DNA of 64,000 nucleotides, taken from assembly GCA_036267635.1 (NCBI GenBank), contig DATAVR010000099.1, positions 54,244-118,243 on the forward strand. Direction: 5' to 3'. Made by a program: the position numbers and the translations under genes. This DNA is from Polyangia bacterium (lineage in GTDB: Bacteria; Myxococcota_A; Polyangia; Fen-1088). Every line of letters starts with the position of its first letter. Position 1 is the first letter of the stretch. Of the stretch, positions 36,271-46,030 are shown in pieces. Under the pieces are notes generated by a model. The model worked only from the letters and a program-made list of their open reading frames with translations. It searched no databases and was not told the origin of the DNA.

Positions 36271-39200
36271 TACGGAACCTGGACTGGCGTCAACGGTGCG
36301 GCCGGCTGCTCCTCCCCCACCGACGTCCGCTTCGCTATCAGCAAAAACATCACCGGCACCAGGAACAGAGAGAGGACCGTCGACGAGGTCAGGCCGCCGA
36401 CCACCGCCAGCGCGAGCGGTTGATTCGCCGCCGAGCCGCGATCGAGACCGAGCGCCGTCGGCAGCAGGCCGATGATCGTCGCCAGGCTGGTCATGGCGAT
36501 GGGGACGAACCGCGAGCGGGCGGCGGCGAGGACCGCGGCAACCTTGTCGGACCCCTCGTTGAAGCGCCGGGTGGCGTCGTCGACCAGCAGGATTCCGTTC
36601 GAGACGGCGATGCCGATCACCATCAGGATCCCCATGAGCGCGGTGATGGAGAACCCCTGGCCGGCGGCTACCAGCGCCAGGACGATGCCGACCAGCGAGA
36701 CGGGGATCGTGAACAGCATGACGAACGGGAGCCGCAGTGACTTGAACTGCGACGCCATGATCATGAACACCACCATGACGGCGAGCCCCAGCGCCAGCCC
36801 CAGCCCCGAGAAGGTCGTCCGCATCAAGTCGACCTGCCCCACGAAGCCGAACTTGATGTCGCGCGTCCGCGGGTCGCTCCTGAGCGCCTGTTCGAGATCA
36901 CGTGCGACGCTGCCGATGTCGCGCCCTTCGGTCTGCATGTAGACATGAGCCGCGCGTTCGAGCTGGTTTCGCTCGACGGCGATCGGGCCGACCGAGCGCT
37001 TCACCGAACCGTAGGCCCCCAGGCGGACCTGCTTTCCGTCGGGGCCGATGCGCACCGGGAGCTGGGAGAGCGCATTGATGTCGGCGACGGCGGCCCCGTC
37101 GTACGACGAGACCACGTAGTACGACTGTCCGTTGTTGGGATCGATCCAGACGCTCGGCGTGTTGATGTTGCCGAGCGTCGCCTCGAGGGTCGTCTGCGCG
37201 GCGTCGCGCGCGGTGATCCCGACCAGCCCCGCCTTGCTGCGATCGGTCTCCACGCGGATCTCCGGGTAGTCCATCTCCAGCGTCGGGTAGATGTCGCGCA
37301 CCCCCGGTACGGTGGCCGCAACCTCGGCGATGGCCTTGGAATCGGCGTCGAGCGCCGCCAGATTGTCGCCGCGAACCTCGATCACCACCGGCGCGTTGTA
37401 GCCGTTCGCGAAGACGCTGGCGACGAGGCCGCCCGGCCACTGCAGACAATCGACGCCCGGATAGTCGCGCACCAGGATTTTTCGGATGTGATCGGCGATC
37501 TCGCGTTGAGTCGCCTTTCGCCTTTCAGGGGAGACCAGCGCCAGCCGGATGAAGCCCATGTGCGGCCCCTGGTTCGGGCTGGTCATGGCGCTGCGGGCGT
37601 TGTTGGGCGAGCCGACGTTGGTCAGGACCAGCTCGACCAGACCGTCGCCCAGCTCGTGGCGCAGATCGGCCCCCATCTCGTTGATCAGCTTGGACGATTC
37701 CTGCAGCGAAACGCCGGGGGCGAGCCGGACGTAGATGCGCTCCATCGACTCGTCGATCTCGGGGAAGAACGTGCTCGGTAAGAGGGTCGCCGCCCAGCCG
37801 CTGGCAGCGATCAGCACCGCTGACCCGACGACGATCGTGCTCCGGAAGGGGAGCGCGCGGCGAAGAAGGGCCGCGTAGCGCTCGGCAACGCCGTCGATGA
37901 AGGCCTCCACCCGCGATCCAATCCGTCCGTGCTTGGTGTGACGCAAGAAATGCCGGCAGGCGACCGGCGTGACGCAGATGCTGACGAAGTAGGAGGCGGT
38001 CATGGCGACGGCGACGGTCAGCGCGAGCGGCGCAAACAGTTTTTGGGCCAGCCCCGCCAGCAGCAGCACCGGCAACAGCACCGCCATCGTCGTCAGCGTC
38101 GAGGCCAGAACCGGCAACGCGACGGCGTTCGTGCCCCGCAGCGCCGCCTGGTAGGCGTTGAGCCCCATCCGCTGGTGGCGGTGAATCGACTCCAGGACCA
38201 CGACGGCGTCGTCGATCAGCCGCCCCATCGCCAGCGTCAGCCCGCCCAGGGTGAAGGCGTTGAGCGTCTGACCGCTGGCGTAAAGGGCGATGAGCGTGAT
38301 GGCGAACGAGAGCGGAATCGCCACCGACACGATCAGGGTCCCGCGCGTGCTCTGCAGAAACAGCAAGATGACGACGGCGATCAATACCAGCGCCTGAACG
38401 ACCTCTCTCTTGAGACCGTCGTAGGTGGCGCGAACGAACGTTGATTGATCGAAGACCGGGACCACCCGCAGCCCCGGCGGAAGATCCCGCAGGTCGCGAA
38501 CCTTCTGTTTGACCGCGTCGACGATCTGCAACGTGTTGCCGCCAGGCACGCGCAGCACGTTCAGGTAGACAGCGTTCTGGCCCGCCACCGACACCGCCTG
38601 CGTCTCCGGCACGCCCCCGTCCTCGACGCGGGCCACGTCCCGGATCATGACCGGCGCTGCGCCGTTCTTCTTGATGACGGCATCCCCGATCTCGCGCACC
38701 TGGGGCGGCACCGCGTTGGTGTAGACGTTGGCGTCGAACCCCGGCGAGATGAACTCGCCCGACGGCAGGAGCGCATTCGCGTCGCGGACCGCCGCGGCCA
38801 CGTCGCCCGAGGTGATCCCGCGCGCCTGTGATTTGACCGGATCGACGACCACGTTGATCTGCCGCTGGCGTCCGCCGTTGATGGAGGCGCTGGCCACGCC
38901 GGGAATCCCTTCCAGCAACGGCTCTATGTTGTTGAGCGCGTAGTCGTAGAGCCGGGGTCCGCCGAGGCCGCCGCCGGTCACCGCCACCTGAACGACCGGC
39001 GCGTTCGACGGATCGTACTGCAGCACGAACGGCGGCAGCACGCCGAGCGACTTGGGGACCGCGGACATGGCGAACGCCACCTGCTCTTGAACCAGGGTTT
39101 GGGCGCCGTTGAGATCGGTCCCCCACTTCAGCCAGACGTAGACGACACTGAGGTTGTTGCGCGACACGCTCTGTACGTGGTCCACGCCGGGCGTCGCGCT

Positions 39201-39407
39201 GACGTACTTCTCGATCCGCCAGGAGAGCGTCTTCTCCACGTCCTTGGGACCGAGTCCGGGGGCCATCGTCCCGACGACCAGCACCGGCGGGGTCAGCTCC
39301 GGGAACGTGTCGACGCTCATCCGCGGCGTGACAACGCCGGCGAAGACCACGACAGCGATGGCCGCCATGAGCACCGCGATCGGGTTCCTGAGCGCGAGAC
39401 CGGTCAT
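36270..39407 (-). CDS. RND efflux transporter permease (AcrB / CzcA superfamily).
   Basis: The 1045-aa ORF begins MTGLALRNPIAVLMAAIAVVVFAGVVTP... It has 12 transmembrane helices and two large periplasmic loops. Confidence 0.85.
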   Translation of the reverse strand: MTGLALRNPIAVLMAAIAVVVFAGVVTPRMSVDTFPELTPPVLVVGTMAPGLGPKDVEKTLSWRIEKYVSATPGVDHVQSVSRNNLSVVYVWLKWGTDLNGAQTLVQEQVAFAMSAVPKSLGVLPPFVLQYDPSNAPVVQVAVTGGGLGGPRLYDYALNNIEPLLEGIPGVASASINGGRQRQINVVVDPVKSQARGITSGDVAAAVRDANALLPSGEFISPGFDANVYTNAVPPQVREIGDAVIKKNGAAPVMIRDVARVEDGGVPETQAVSVAGQNAVYLNVLRVPGGNTLQIVDAVKQKVRDLRDLPPGLRVVPVFDQSTFVRATYDGLKREVVQALVLIAVVILLFLQSTRGTLIVSVAIPLSFAITLIALYASGQTLNAFTLGGLTLAMGRLIDDAVVVLESIHRHQRMGLNAYQAALRGTNAVALPVLASTLTTMAVLLPVLLLAGLAQKLFAPLALTVAVAMTASYFVSICVTPVACRHFLRHTKHGRIGSRVEAFIDGVAERYAALLRRALPFRSTIVVGSAVLIAASGWAATLLPSTFFPEIDESMERIYVRLAPGVSLQESSKLINEMGADLRHELGDGLVELVLTNVGSPNNARSAMTSPNQGPHMGFIRLALVSPERRKATQREIADHIRKILVRDYPGVDCLQWPGGLVASVFANGYNAPVVIEVRGDNLAALDADSKAIAEVAATVPGVRDIYPTLEMDYPEIRVETDRSKAGLVGITARDAAQTTLEATLGNINTPSVWIDPNNGQSYYVVSSYDGAAVADINALSQLPVRIGPDGKQVRLGAYGSVKRSVGPIAVERNQLERAAHVYMQTEGRDIGSVARDLEQALRSDPRTRDIKFGFVGQVDLMRTTFSGLGLALGLAVMVVFMIMASQFKSLRLPFVMLFTIPVSLVGIVLALVAAGQGFSITALMGILMVIGIAVSNGILLVDDATRRFNEGSDKVAAVLAAARSRFVPIAMTSLATIIGLLPTALGLDRGSAANQPLALAVVGGLTSSTVLSLFLVPVMFLLIAKRTSVGEEQPAAPLTPVQVP

Positions 39408-40645
39408 CGGGCCTCGCGCGCCATCACCGCGCCGTCGCGCCCCTGTTCGGCCGTCGGCGCGCGATCGCCGCGCGCGGCGCTCTGGCCAATCTCGCCCATC
39501 TCCTTGGCCTCCACGCGGTCCCCGTCCTCCAGTTGCGCCCGGCCCTCCGCGACGACGGCCGCGCCGGGTGGCAGCGAGGAATCGACGAACAGCGCGCCGC
39601 CCTCTTCGCCTTTGACGGCCACGGTCGCGGCGCGGGCCACGTCATGATCGACGACGAACACCTTCGCAGTTTCGCCGCGGACGGTCGCCGCGTAGAGCGG
39701 CAGTTGGGTGACCTCGGTCGGCGTCCCGACACCGATGTGCACCTCTGCTGTCGTTCCGACCGGCATGCTGCGCGCCGGGTCGGGAACGTCGATCTCGAAG
39801 TGCACCGTCCGGGTGGCGGGATCTGCAGCCGGTGCGCGGCGGGTGATGGTGGCCTGGAAATCCCGGTTCGTCGCGTAGATGTGGACCTTCACCGCAGCCC
39901 CGGGCGGGATGAGGGCGAAGTCGATCTCGGGAGCGTCGGCCGTCATCCGCACGGTGCTGCGATCGACGACGGTGACGATCGCGGAGCCGGGACGTACGAA
40001 GGCCCCCGGGTCGACGAAGCGCTGCGCCACCTCTCCGGCAAACGGCGAACGGAGGATGCAATCGTTGACCTGCAACGAGCTGCGGGCCAGGGTCGCTCGC
40101 TCGGACTCGAGCTGCGCCTCTTCGGAGACGCTCTGCGAATTCTTCTGCTCGGCCTCGTTGGGCGAGACGAAGCCGCCGTTCAGCAAACCTTGTGTCCGCG
40201 ATGCCTCGTCGGCGATCGCCTTCTGGTGCGCGTCGATGGAGCGGGCACGCGCGGCGATGGCCTTGGTCGAGGCGCTGGCATCGCGACAGTCGAGCGTCGC
40301 CAGCACGTCACCGCGCTTGACGACGGCGCCTGGGCGCACCAGCACCGTGTCGACGTAGGCGGAAACCAGCTGCGGCCCGACGTTGGCCTGCACCCACGGC
40401 TCCAGCGTCCCCACGTAGGTCCGCGATGGTCGGTAGGTCGCCGCGCGCGCGCGCACGATGGTGACCGGCTTGGGACGGGAAGCGAGCGCGACCTTGTTCG
40501 TGCGGCTGTCCGCCCGCCACAGCATCAACCCGCCGAGGAGAAGGACCAGCGCCACGCCAGCGCCGATCGCCAGGGGAATCCTCGAATCCCCGGAGGGTGC
40601 GTTCGATTCCGGTTCGGTCTCGTTCGTCATTTGCTTTCCATTCAC
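39404..40645 (-). CDS. RND efflux periplasmic adaptor (membrane fusion protein, HlyD family).
   Basis: An N-terminal transmembrane anchor is followed by coiled-coil, lipoyl and beta-barrel domains. The 4-nt overlaps with its neighbours indicate an operon. Confidence 0.8.
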   Translation of the reverse strand: MNGKQMTNETEPESNAPSGDSRIPLAIGAGVALVLLLGGLMLWRADSRTNKVALASRPKPVTIVRARAATYRPSRTYVGTLEPWVQANVGPQLVSAYVDTVLVRPGAVVKRGDVLATLDCRDASASTKAIAARARSIDAHQKAIADEASRTQGLLNGGFVSPNEAEQKNSQSVSEEAQLESERATLARSSLQVNDCILRSPFAGEVAQRFVDPGAFVRPGSAIVTVVDRSTVRMTADAPEIDFALIPPGAAVKVHIYATNRDFQATITRRAPAADPATRTVHFEIDVPDPARSMPVGTTAEVHIGVGTPTEVTQLPLYAATVRGETAKVFVVDHDVARAATVAVKGEEGGALFVDSSLPPGAAVVAEGRAQLEDGDRVEAKEMGEIGQSAARGDRAPTAEQGRDGAVMAREAR

Positions 40646-42048
40646 AAACCTTCGCCGATCGCGCGGCCGAACGTGGCCCGCGCCTTGGCCAGCTCGAATG
40701 TGCCGAGCGCCATCCGAATTTCAGCGTCGGTGCGCAATGACTCCGCGTCGGCCAGCTCGACGCTGGTGCCGAGCCCGGCCTTGAAGCGCGCGTCGGCCTG
40801 CGCGTAGTTGGCGCCCGCAGCTTCCTGTTCGCGCTGCAAGGCGGGGAGCGCCTGTCTGGCCACGTCGACCGCCAGGTAGGCCCGCTCCACGTCGGAGACG
40901 ACCGCCTGGCGCGAAAGATCGATCTCGTCTCGGCGGACCTCCTCGCCGGCCTTCGAGGCGCGCGCACGGGCGCCCACCGTCGGATCGAGGAGCGGCCAGC
41001 TCAGAATCAACCCCGCGTCCCAGTTGGGGACGCTGGGGAGAAAGCCGCCGCCGGTCGGAATCTCGGCCACCCCCCCGCCCGCCGGGCGCGAGGGGTCGGC
41101 GCCGCCCGCGCGCCCCGACAGCGTGGCGGTCAGGCGCAGGTCGGGGCGTTCCAGCGCGGAGATGGCGCGGGTCTGCTCTTCTTGCGCGCGCAGCCGTGCC
41201 ACCGCCTCGGCAAGGCGCGGATCCTTCGCCTCGGCGCGCGCCAGCGCCTCCCCAATCGCGGGGAGATCCGGCGGCATCGCCGGCGCGTCCGCCGCGTCGA
41301 GCGCCGGCTCCGGCGAGCCGATCGCCGCCGCCAACACCACTTCGGCCGCCGACAATCCGCCGCGTGCCCGGATACGCCCAGTGTCGAATCGGGTCAGGTC
41401 GGCCTCGGCGCGCGTCAGGTCGATCGGCGAACGGAGTCCCGACCTGACGCCAGCCTGCGCGAAGTCGCGGTGGACCTTCGCTCTTTGATAGGCCTCCTCC
41501 GCCGCGCGCAAGATCGACTTCGCGGCGTTGACCGCGAAGTACGCCTCGCCGACGCCGAGCTCGACGTCGAGGCGGATCGCGTCGGCCGCATGCGCGGCGA
41601 CCGTGATCGCGGCATCCGCCGCAGCCTCTTCCGCGGCGATCCGTCCGAAGTCGAACAGCTCCTGCTTGGCGCCGATGCCGGCCAGGGTCGACGGATGCGG
41701 GGCCCAGGAGGCGCTGCTGGCGGTCGTGCTCGGCGTCCCGCCGATGCGTGGAATGTCGAGCGCGCCGGTGGTGATGTACGAGGCAGTCGTGTTATTGGCC
41801 GTCCCCTCGAAGAGCTCCCCGACCAGACCAGCGGACGGATACCACGCGGCGCGCGGCACGCTGGCGCTTGCCTGCTGCTCCGCCAGCCCGGCCAGTGCGG
41901 CGCGCACCGCAGGTTGATGGGCACGCGCGTAGGCGAGCGCCTGAGGGAGCGTGACCACCGGGATCCCGTTTTGGGCCAGAGCCTGAGCCGAGACACCGAA
42001 AACCATGACTGCCCCGAGCACAACCCGCCGACAATTAGGGACCCACAT
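40642..42048 (-). CDS. TolC-family outer membrane efflux protein.
   Basis: The signal peptide is MWVPNCRRVVLGAVMVFGVSAQALAQ. Two repeats of alpha-helical plus beta-barrel TolC-like sequence follow (...AYARAHQPAVRAA...). The upstream track extension was rejected. Confidence 0.8.
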   Translation of the reverse strand: MWVPNCRRVVLGAVMVFGVSAQALAQNGIPVVTLPQALAYARAHQPAVRAALAGLAEQQASASVPRAAWYPSAGLVGELFEGTANNTTASYITTGALDIPRIGGTPSTTASSASWAPHPSTLAGIGAKQELFDFGRIAAEEAAADAAITVAAHAADAIRLDVELGVGEAYFAVNAAKSILRAAEEAYQRAKVHRDFAQAGVRSGLRSPIDLTRAEADLTRFDTGRIRARGGLSAAEVVLAAAIGSPEPALDAADAPAMPPDLPAIGEALARAEAKDPRLAEAVARLRAQEEQTRAISALERPDLRLTATLSGRAGGADPSRPAGGGVAEIPTGGGFLPSVPNWDAGLILSWPLLDPTVGARARASKAGEEVRRDEIDLSRQAVVSDVERAYLAVDVARQALPALQREQEAAGANYAQADARFKAGLGTSVELADAESLRTDAEIRMALGTFELAKARATFGRAIGEGL

Positions 42049-42125
42049 GCCTTTCGCCCGAGGTATCGAGCACGTCCCATGCCAGTGACGATCCCGGTGC
42101 TTGACCGGGCCGACATCGCGCCGCT

Positions 42126-42162
42126 GGGAAGAATTCCCTCCGCCGCCGGGAAAAAATTCCCG
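42126..42162. promoter_or_regulatory. Two adjacent palindromes, GGGAAgaaTTCCC and cGGGAAaaaaTTCCCg, in the divergent promoter between the TolC operon and the TPR gene.
   Basis: Both are read directly at 42126-42138 and 42147-42162. Confidence 0.5.
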
Positions 42163-42224
42163 CTTGTTCGACCAGGTCGCGAGCCCAGCCGCGCGCCCCC
42201 CGTGGCGTGGTACCAATTTCGCTG

Positions 42225-43775
42225 ATGCGCGCGCTCGGCCGATGCCTGTTGATCGCGGCGATTCTCGCCTCCGCGCAAGGCGCCTCGGCCGTCGAAAAGC
42301 GACCGACCGCGGCCGAGGAGGCGGAGATTCGCGGGCTCGAGAAGGAGCTCACCGGCCTTCAGATCAAGCAGGCCTACCTCGCCGCCATCCCGATCGCGCG
42401 CAAGCTCTACGAGCTGCAACGCGAAGCGACCGGCGCCGACTCACGGGCCGCGCGCTCCCGCCAGAACGTCCTCGGGACGATGCTCCAGAGCGCAGGCCGC
42501 ACCACCGACGCATTGGTGATCTACGAAGAGATGTTACGCACCGCCGAGGCCCAGTACGGCCGCGCGTCACGCGAGACGATGCAGTCGCTCGGTTCCATCA
42601 ACAGCGTCTACTGGTCCCAGAGCCGCTACGACGACGCCTATCCGGTGATGCAGCGGATGCTGGAGATCACCAGGAAGCTCGACGGCGAGCAGAGCCAGAT
42701 GTACGCGAACCAGCTCTCCCAGCTCGGGACCCTGTTCAACATGCGCAGCGAGTTCTCGGCGGCGCACACGGCGGTGTTCCAGCAGGCGATCAAGGACTCG
42801 ACGAAGCTGCTCGACCCGTCGGTCCTGACCCACGTGACCCGGCTGCACGAGATCGAGGCCGATCGCGAGGGGATGGTGATGGCCTTCCTGGCCGGCTACC
42901 AGCCGCGCGGCGGGATCGAGTTCATGGAGCTGATGGGGAAACAGAGGGAGATCCCCAAGCACCTCGATCACCCGACGTTCCAGGAGCGAATCGACTACCT
43001 GACCGATTTTTGGACCAACGACGTGAGGTACGCCTTCGTCTCGTTCAAGCTCGGCGTGGCGGCGATGGATCGCGGCGACCAGCTGGAAGAGAGCGACCTG
43101 CCGGCGGCGGTCGCCGCGTACCAGGCAGCCACCGAGCACTTCAAGCGCTTTCACACCATGCTGCCGTCGCTGAAGGAGGCGATGAACGATCTCGGCGTCG
43201 CTTACACCAAGCTCGGCGTGCTGGCGATGGACCGCAACGACTCGCCGCTTGGCCGCTGGCAGACCCGCTTCTCGCTCGAGCGCGAGTCGTCGGTGAAGTA
43301 CGCCGACCTGGTCGGCGACGAAGGGGCGCGCCACTCGCGCCGGCTCGACCGGGCACGACTGCCGTCGCAGCTGCGCGACGCCATCGCCTCTTTCAAGGAG
43401 GCGCTGGCCGACGACGAGGACTACAACAAGGCGCGGCTCAACCTGGCGGCCGCCTACCTGGCCGCCGGTCAGCTCGACAACGCCAGCGCCATGCTCGGCA
43501 AGATCGTGGCGCAGCCCGACGTCACCTCGGGGGACGTCGAGCTCCTGCGCGGGGTGGCGTTCGCCGAAGCGAAGGAGTACGAGGCGGCCCGGCTGGCCTT
43601 CGAGCACGCCGAGGGATTCCCCGCCAACCGGCGCGCCGCGCTCTACAACCGCGCCAAGGCCATGGAGCTCGGCGGCAAGAAGGCCGACGCCAAGAAGGCC
43701 TATCAGCAGTACGCGGTCGTCTTCCCCGGCGGCCCCTGGGCCAAGGCCGCCGAGACGGCGGCCGCCAAGCTCTGA
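42225..43775 (+). CDS. Secreted tetratricopeptide-repeat (TPR) protein.
   Basis: The signal peptide is MRALGRCLLIAAILASAQGASA. TPR-like helical repeats run through the whole 516-aa protein. Confidence 0.6.
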   Translation: MRALGRCLLIAAILASAQGASAVEKRPTAAEEAEIRGLEKELTGLQIKQAYLAAIPIARKLYELQREATGADSRAARSRQNVLGTMLQSAGRTTDALVIYEEMLRTAEAQYGRASRETMQSLGSINSVYWSQSRYDDAYPVMQRMLEITRKLDGEQSQMYANQLSQLGTLFNMRSEFSAAHTAVFQQAIKDSTKLLDPSVLTHVTRLHEIEADREGMVMAFLAGYQPRGGIEFMELMGKQREIPKHLDHPTFQERIDYLTDFWTNDVRYAFVSFKLGVAAMDRGDQLEESDLPAAVAAYQAATEHFKRFHTMLPSLKEAMNDLGVAYTKLGVLAMDRNDSPLGRWQTRFSLERESSVKYADLVGDEGARHSRRLDRARLPSQLRDAIASFKEALADDEDYNKARLNLAAAYLAAGQLDNASAMLGKIVAQPDVTSGDVELLRGVAFAEAKEYEAARLAFEHAEGFPANRRAALYNRAKAMELGGKKADAKKAYQQYAVVFPGGPWAKAAETAAAKL

Positions 43776-43793
43776 CGGCGGCCGCTCGGCAGC

Positions 43794-44270
43794 TCACCCT
43801 GGCGCGGCGTCGAGCAGCGACACGGCGGGGAAGCCGGCGGTCATCACCGCGTCCATCGTCTTCACCAGCGTGTCGAACACGATCCCGTCCTCCGAGATGA
43901 TCTGCACGTCGGTCTTGTCGGGGTACGAGCGCTTGACCGCGCGCAGCTCGTCCTCGAGACGCGCGTAGTCGAGCGAGGGCCGGACGCCGCCGGTCTTGAG
44001 CGGGATCGGCTTTTGGTTCGCCTTCACGATCAAGTTGAACCCGCCGTCGTGAACGGCCACGGCGATCCGGGTCTCGTCGACCGCGGTCTGCGAGTCGAGC
44101 TCGCCCTGCCCCTTCTGCTCGACCTGCAGGCGGGCAAGCTGCGTCCAGACGGCGGTGATCAGGAGAAACGCCACCATGCAGGTGAGCAGATCGATGTACG
44201 GGACCAGGTTCAGATCGGCGTGGAGCGGCTTTTTTCGGTCGCCGCCCCCGCCGTCGATGATGACAGCCAT
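43794..44270 (-). CDS. exbD: Biopolymer transport protein ExbD / TolR.
   Basis: The sequence reads MAVIIDGGGGDRKKPLHADLNLVPYIDLLTCMVAFLLI, the typical ExbD N-terminus and transmembrane segment. A periplasmic domain follows. Confidence 0.7.
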   Translation of the reverse strand: MAVIIDGGGGDRKKPLHADLNLVPYIDLLTCMVAFLLITAVWTQLARLQVEQKGQGELDSQTAVDETRIAVAVHDGGFNLIVKANQKPIPLKTGGVRPSLDYARLEDELRAVKRSYPDKTDVQIISEDGIVFDTLVKTMDAVMTAGFPAVSLLDAAPG

Positions 44271-44509
44271 GGGGACCTCCGAAGTTGAAAACGCGGCGCC
44301 GCTGATTTCCCGGGGACTACTGATGAAGAGACACCGCGCCACGGTCGGGGTTCCCACTTCTCCCCGCGGCCCCTCCTCTGTTCGCCTACACAGCGTCACC
44401 GAGCCGTGGCGGGGGTCGGATGCGACGTAACGGATCCTGACGGTGGCGCCCTCAACCGCCGCCTCCACGTGGGCACCGGCTTTGCTTTTGTCGAACGGTT
44501 GAGGGACGC

Positions 44510-45994
44510 ATGCAACGCACGCCTTTGGCCTGGAAGACCCTGTTCGTCTTGGGAGCCGTCTGCTTCAGCTGCGGCGGGTCATCAGCTCGCGTGGGCGGGG
44601 TCGACCCGCCGCCCAGTCAGGAGACAGGAAACGGAGGCGCCGGCGCAACCCAAGGCGACGCCGGCGCGGCGGGAACTGGCGGCGCCAGCGGCGGGGCGGC
44701 CGACGCCGGGAATCCTCTCGCCTGCTCGGATCTCTTCGACCAGGGGAGCCTCCAGACCTACGACTTCGACATCAGCGCCGATCAGCTGGCGGCCATCGAC
44801 ACCGAGTTCCACAATCTGACCGCGCTCGAGAGCGGGATCGACTTCGCGACCTATCATCCGATCACCTTTCACCTCAACGGCGAGACGGTCTCGAACGCCG
44901 AGATCAAGCTGCACGGGCAGTCGTCCTGGGACCAGACCGTCACGCTCGACGGCGACCGCGCCAAGATGCAGTTCGACGTGTCGTTCGATCAGATCGACCC
45001 GATGGGCGCGTTCCACGGGGTCAGCAAGCTGGTCTTCGACATGCCGCGCGACGACTGGACCTTCATGCACGATCGGCTGTCGCAAGCCTGGCTGCGGCAG
45101 GTCGGGGTCATGGCCCCCTGCTCGGCCAGCGCGTTGCTGAACGTCAACGGCAGCTACTACGGCCTCTACGTGCTGGAGCAGGGGGTGGGGAACGGGACGG
45201 TGGCCGCCTTCTTCCCCGCCAACCCGAGCGGCGATCTCTGGAAGGGGGGCGTTCAGGCGGAGACCAACACCGCCAGCCCGAACACCAAGCGGCTCAAGAT
45301 GTTCGACAGCGCCAAGGATCTCGCGACGCTGGCGACGATCATGGACATCCCCAATTCGCTCACCTCGTGGGCCGCGGAGGCGATGATCAACGACGCCGAC
45401 GGCTACTACAACGGCTCGCACAACTTCTATCTCTATGACCAGGGCGCGGCGGGCTATCTCTTTCAGCCGCAGGACACCGACTCGACGTGGGACTGGCTGG
45501 ACACCTTCGACCTCCCCGGCGCCAAGGACCACCCGATCTACTGGTGGTCGAGCCGCGGGCAGCCGGCGCCGACGCCGGGGGACAAGTGGCTGATCGTCCT
45601 CGGCGACGCGAGCGAACGGGTCCACTACGCCGACGCGATCGCGGGACTGCTCGCCAAGTGGGACGTGACGCAGATTCAGGCGTGGATCGACAGCTGGTCG
45701 CAGCAGATCAACGCCGCCGCCACCAGCGACCCACACGCCTGGGCGACTGCCGCCCAGATCCAGAAAGCGACCCAGACCGCCCGCGACATCGTCCCGCAGC
45801 GTGCGGCCTATCTGCAGAGCTTCGTCGACTGCGAGCACGGCGTCGCCGGCGCCGCCACGGACGCCGACGGCGACGGCTACAACTGGTGCGACGAGTGCGA
45901 CGACAGCGATCCCAACGTTCACCCGGGCGCCCAGGAGATCTGCGGCAACGGCATCGACGACGACTGCAACGGCTTCGTCGACGACGGCTGCTGA
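44510..45994 (+). CDS. CotH-like (spore-coat protein H kinase fold) lipoprotein with a C-terminal MopE-like Cys/Asp-rich 'putative metal-binding motif'.
   Basis: The lipobox is LFVLGAVCFSC. The central domain carries SHNFYLYDQ, which reads as CotH-like. The C-terminus is YNWCDECDDSDPNVHPGAQEICGNGIDDDCNGFVDDGC. Confidence 0.5.
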   Translation: MQRTPLAWKTLFVLGAVCFSCGGSSARVGGVDPPPSQETGNGGAGATQGDAGAAGTGGASGGAADAGNPLACSDLFDQGSLQTYDFDISADQLAAIDTEFHNLTALESGIDFATYHPITFHLNGETVSNAEIKLHGQSSWDQTVTLDGDRAKMQFDVSFDQIDPMGAFHGVSKLVFDMPRDDWTFMHDRLSQAWLRQVGVMAPCSASALLNVNGSYYGLYVLEQGVGNGTVAAFFPANPSGDLWKGGVQAETNTASPNTKRLKMFDSAKDLATLATIMDIPNSLTSWAAEAMINDADGYYNGSHNFYLYDQGAAGYLFQPQDTDSTWDWLDTFDLPGAKDHPIYWWSSRGQPAPTPGDKWLIVLGDASERVHYADAIAGLLAKWDVTQIQAWIDSWSQQINAAATSDPHAWATAAQIQKATQTARDIVPQRAAYLQSFVDCEHGVAGAATDADGDGYNWCDECDDSDPNVHPGAQEICGNGIDDDCNGFVDDGC

Positions 45995-46030
45995 GCCCCG
46001 CCCGCCCGTTCTACGACCGCCCGCGGTGGC

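Noticed and set aside
37525-39126. 533-aa ORF on the minus strand.
   Set aside because: It is an alternate frame of the RND permease gene.
42049-42216. N-terminal extension of the TolC ORF.
   Set aside because: The signal peptide begins at the internal Met (MWVPNC...). The extension contains the palindromic operator-like sites and is more likely non-coding.
42101-43900. 599-aa ORF on the plus strand.
   Set aside because: It is an alternate frame of the TPR gene and is Arg-rich.
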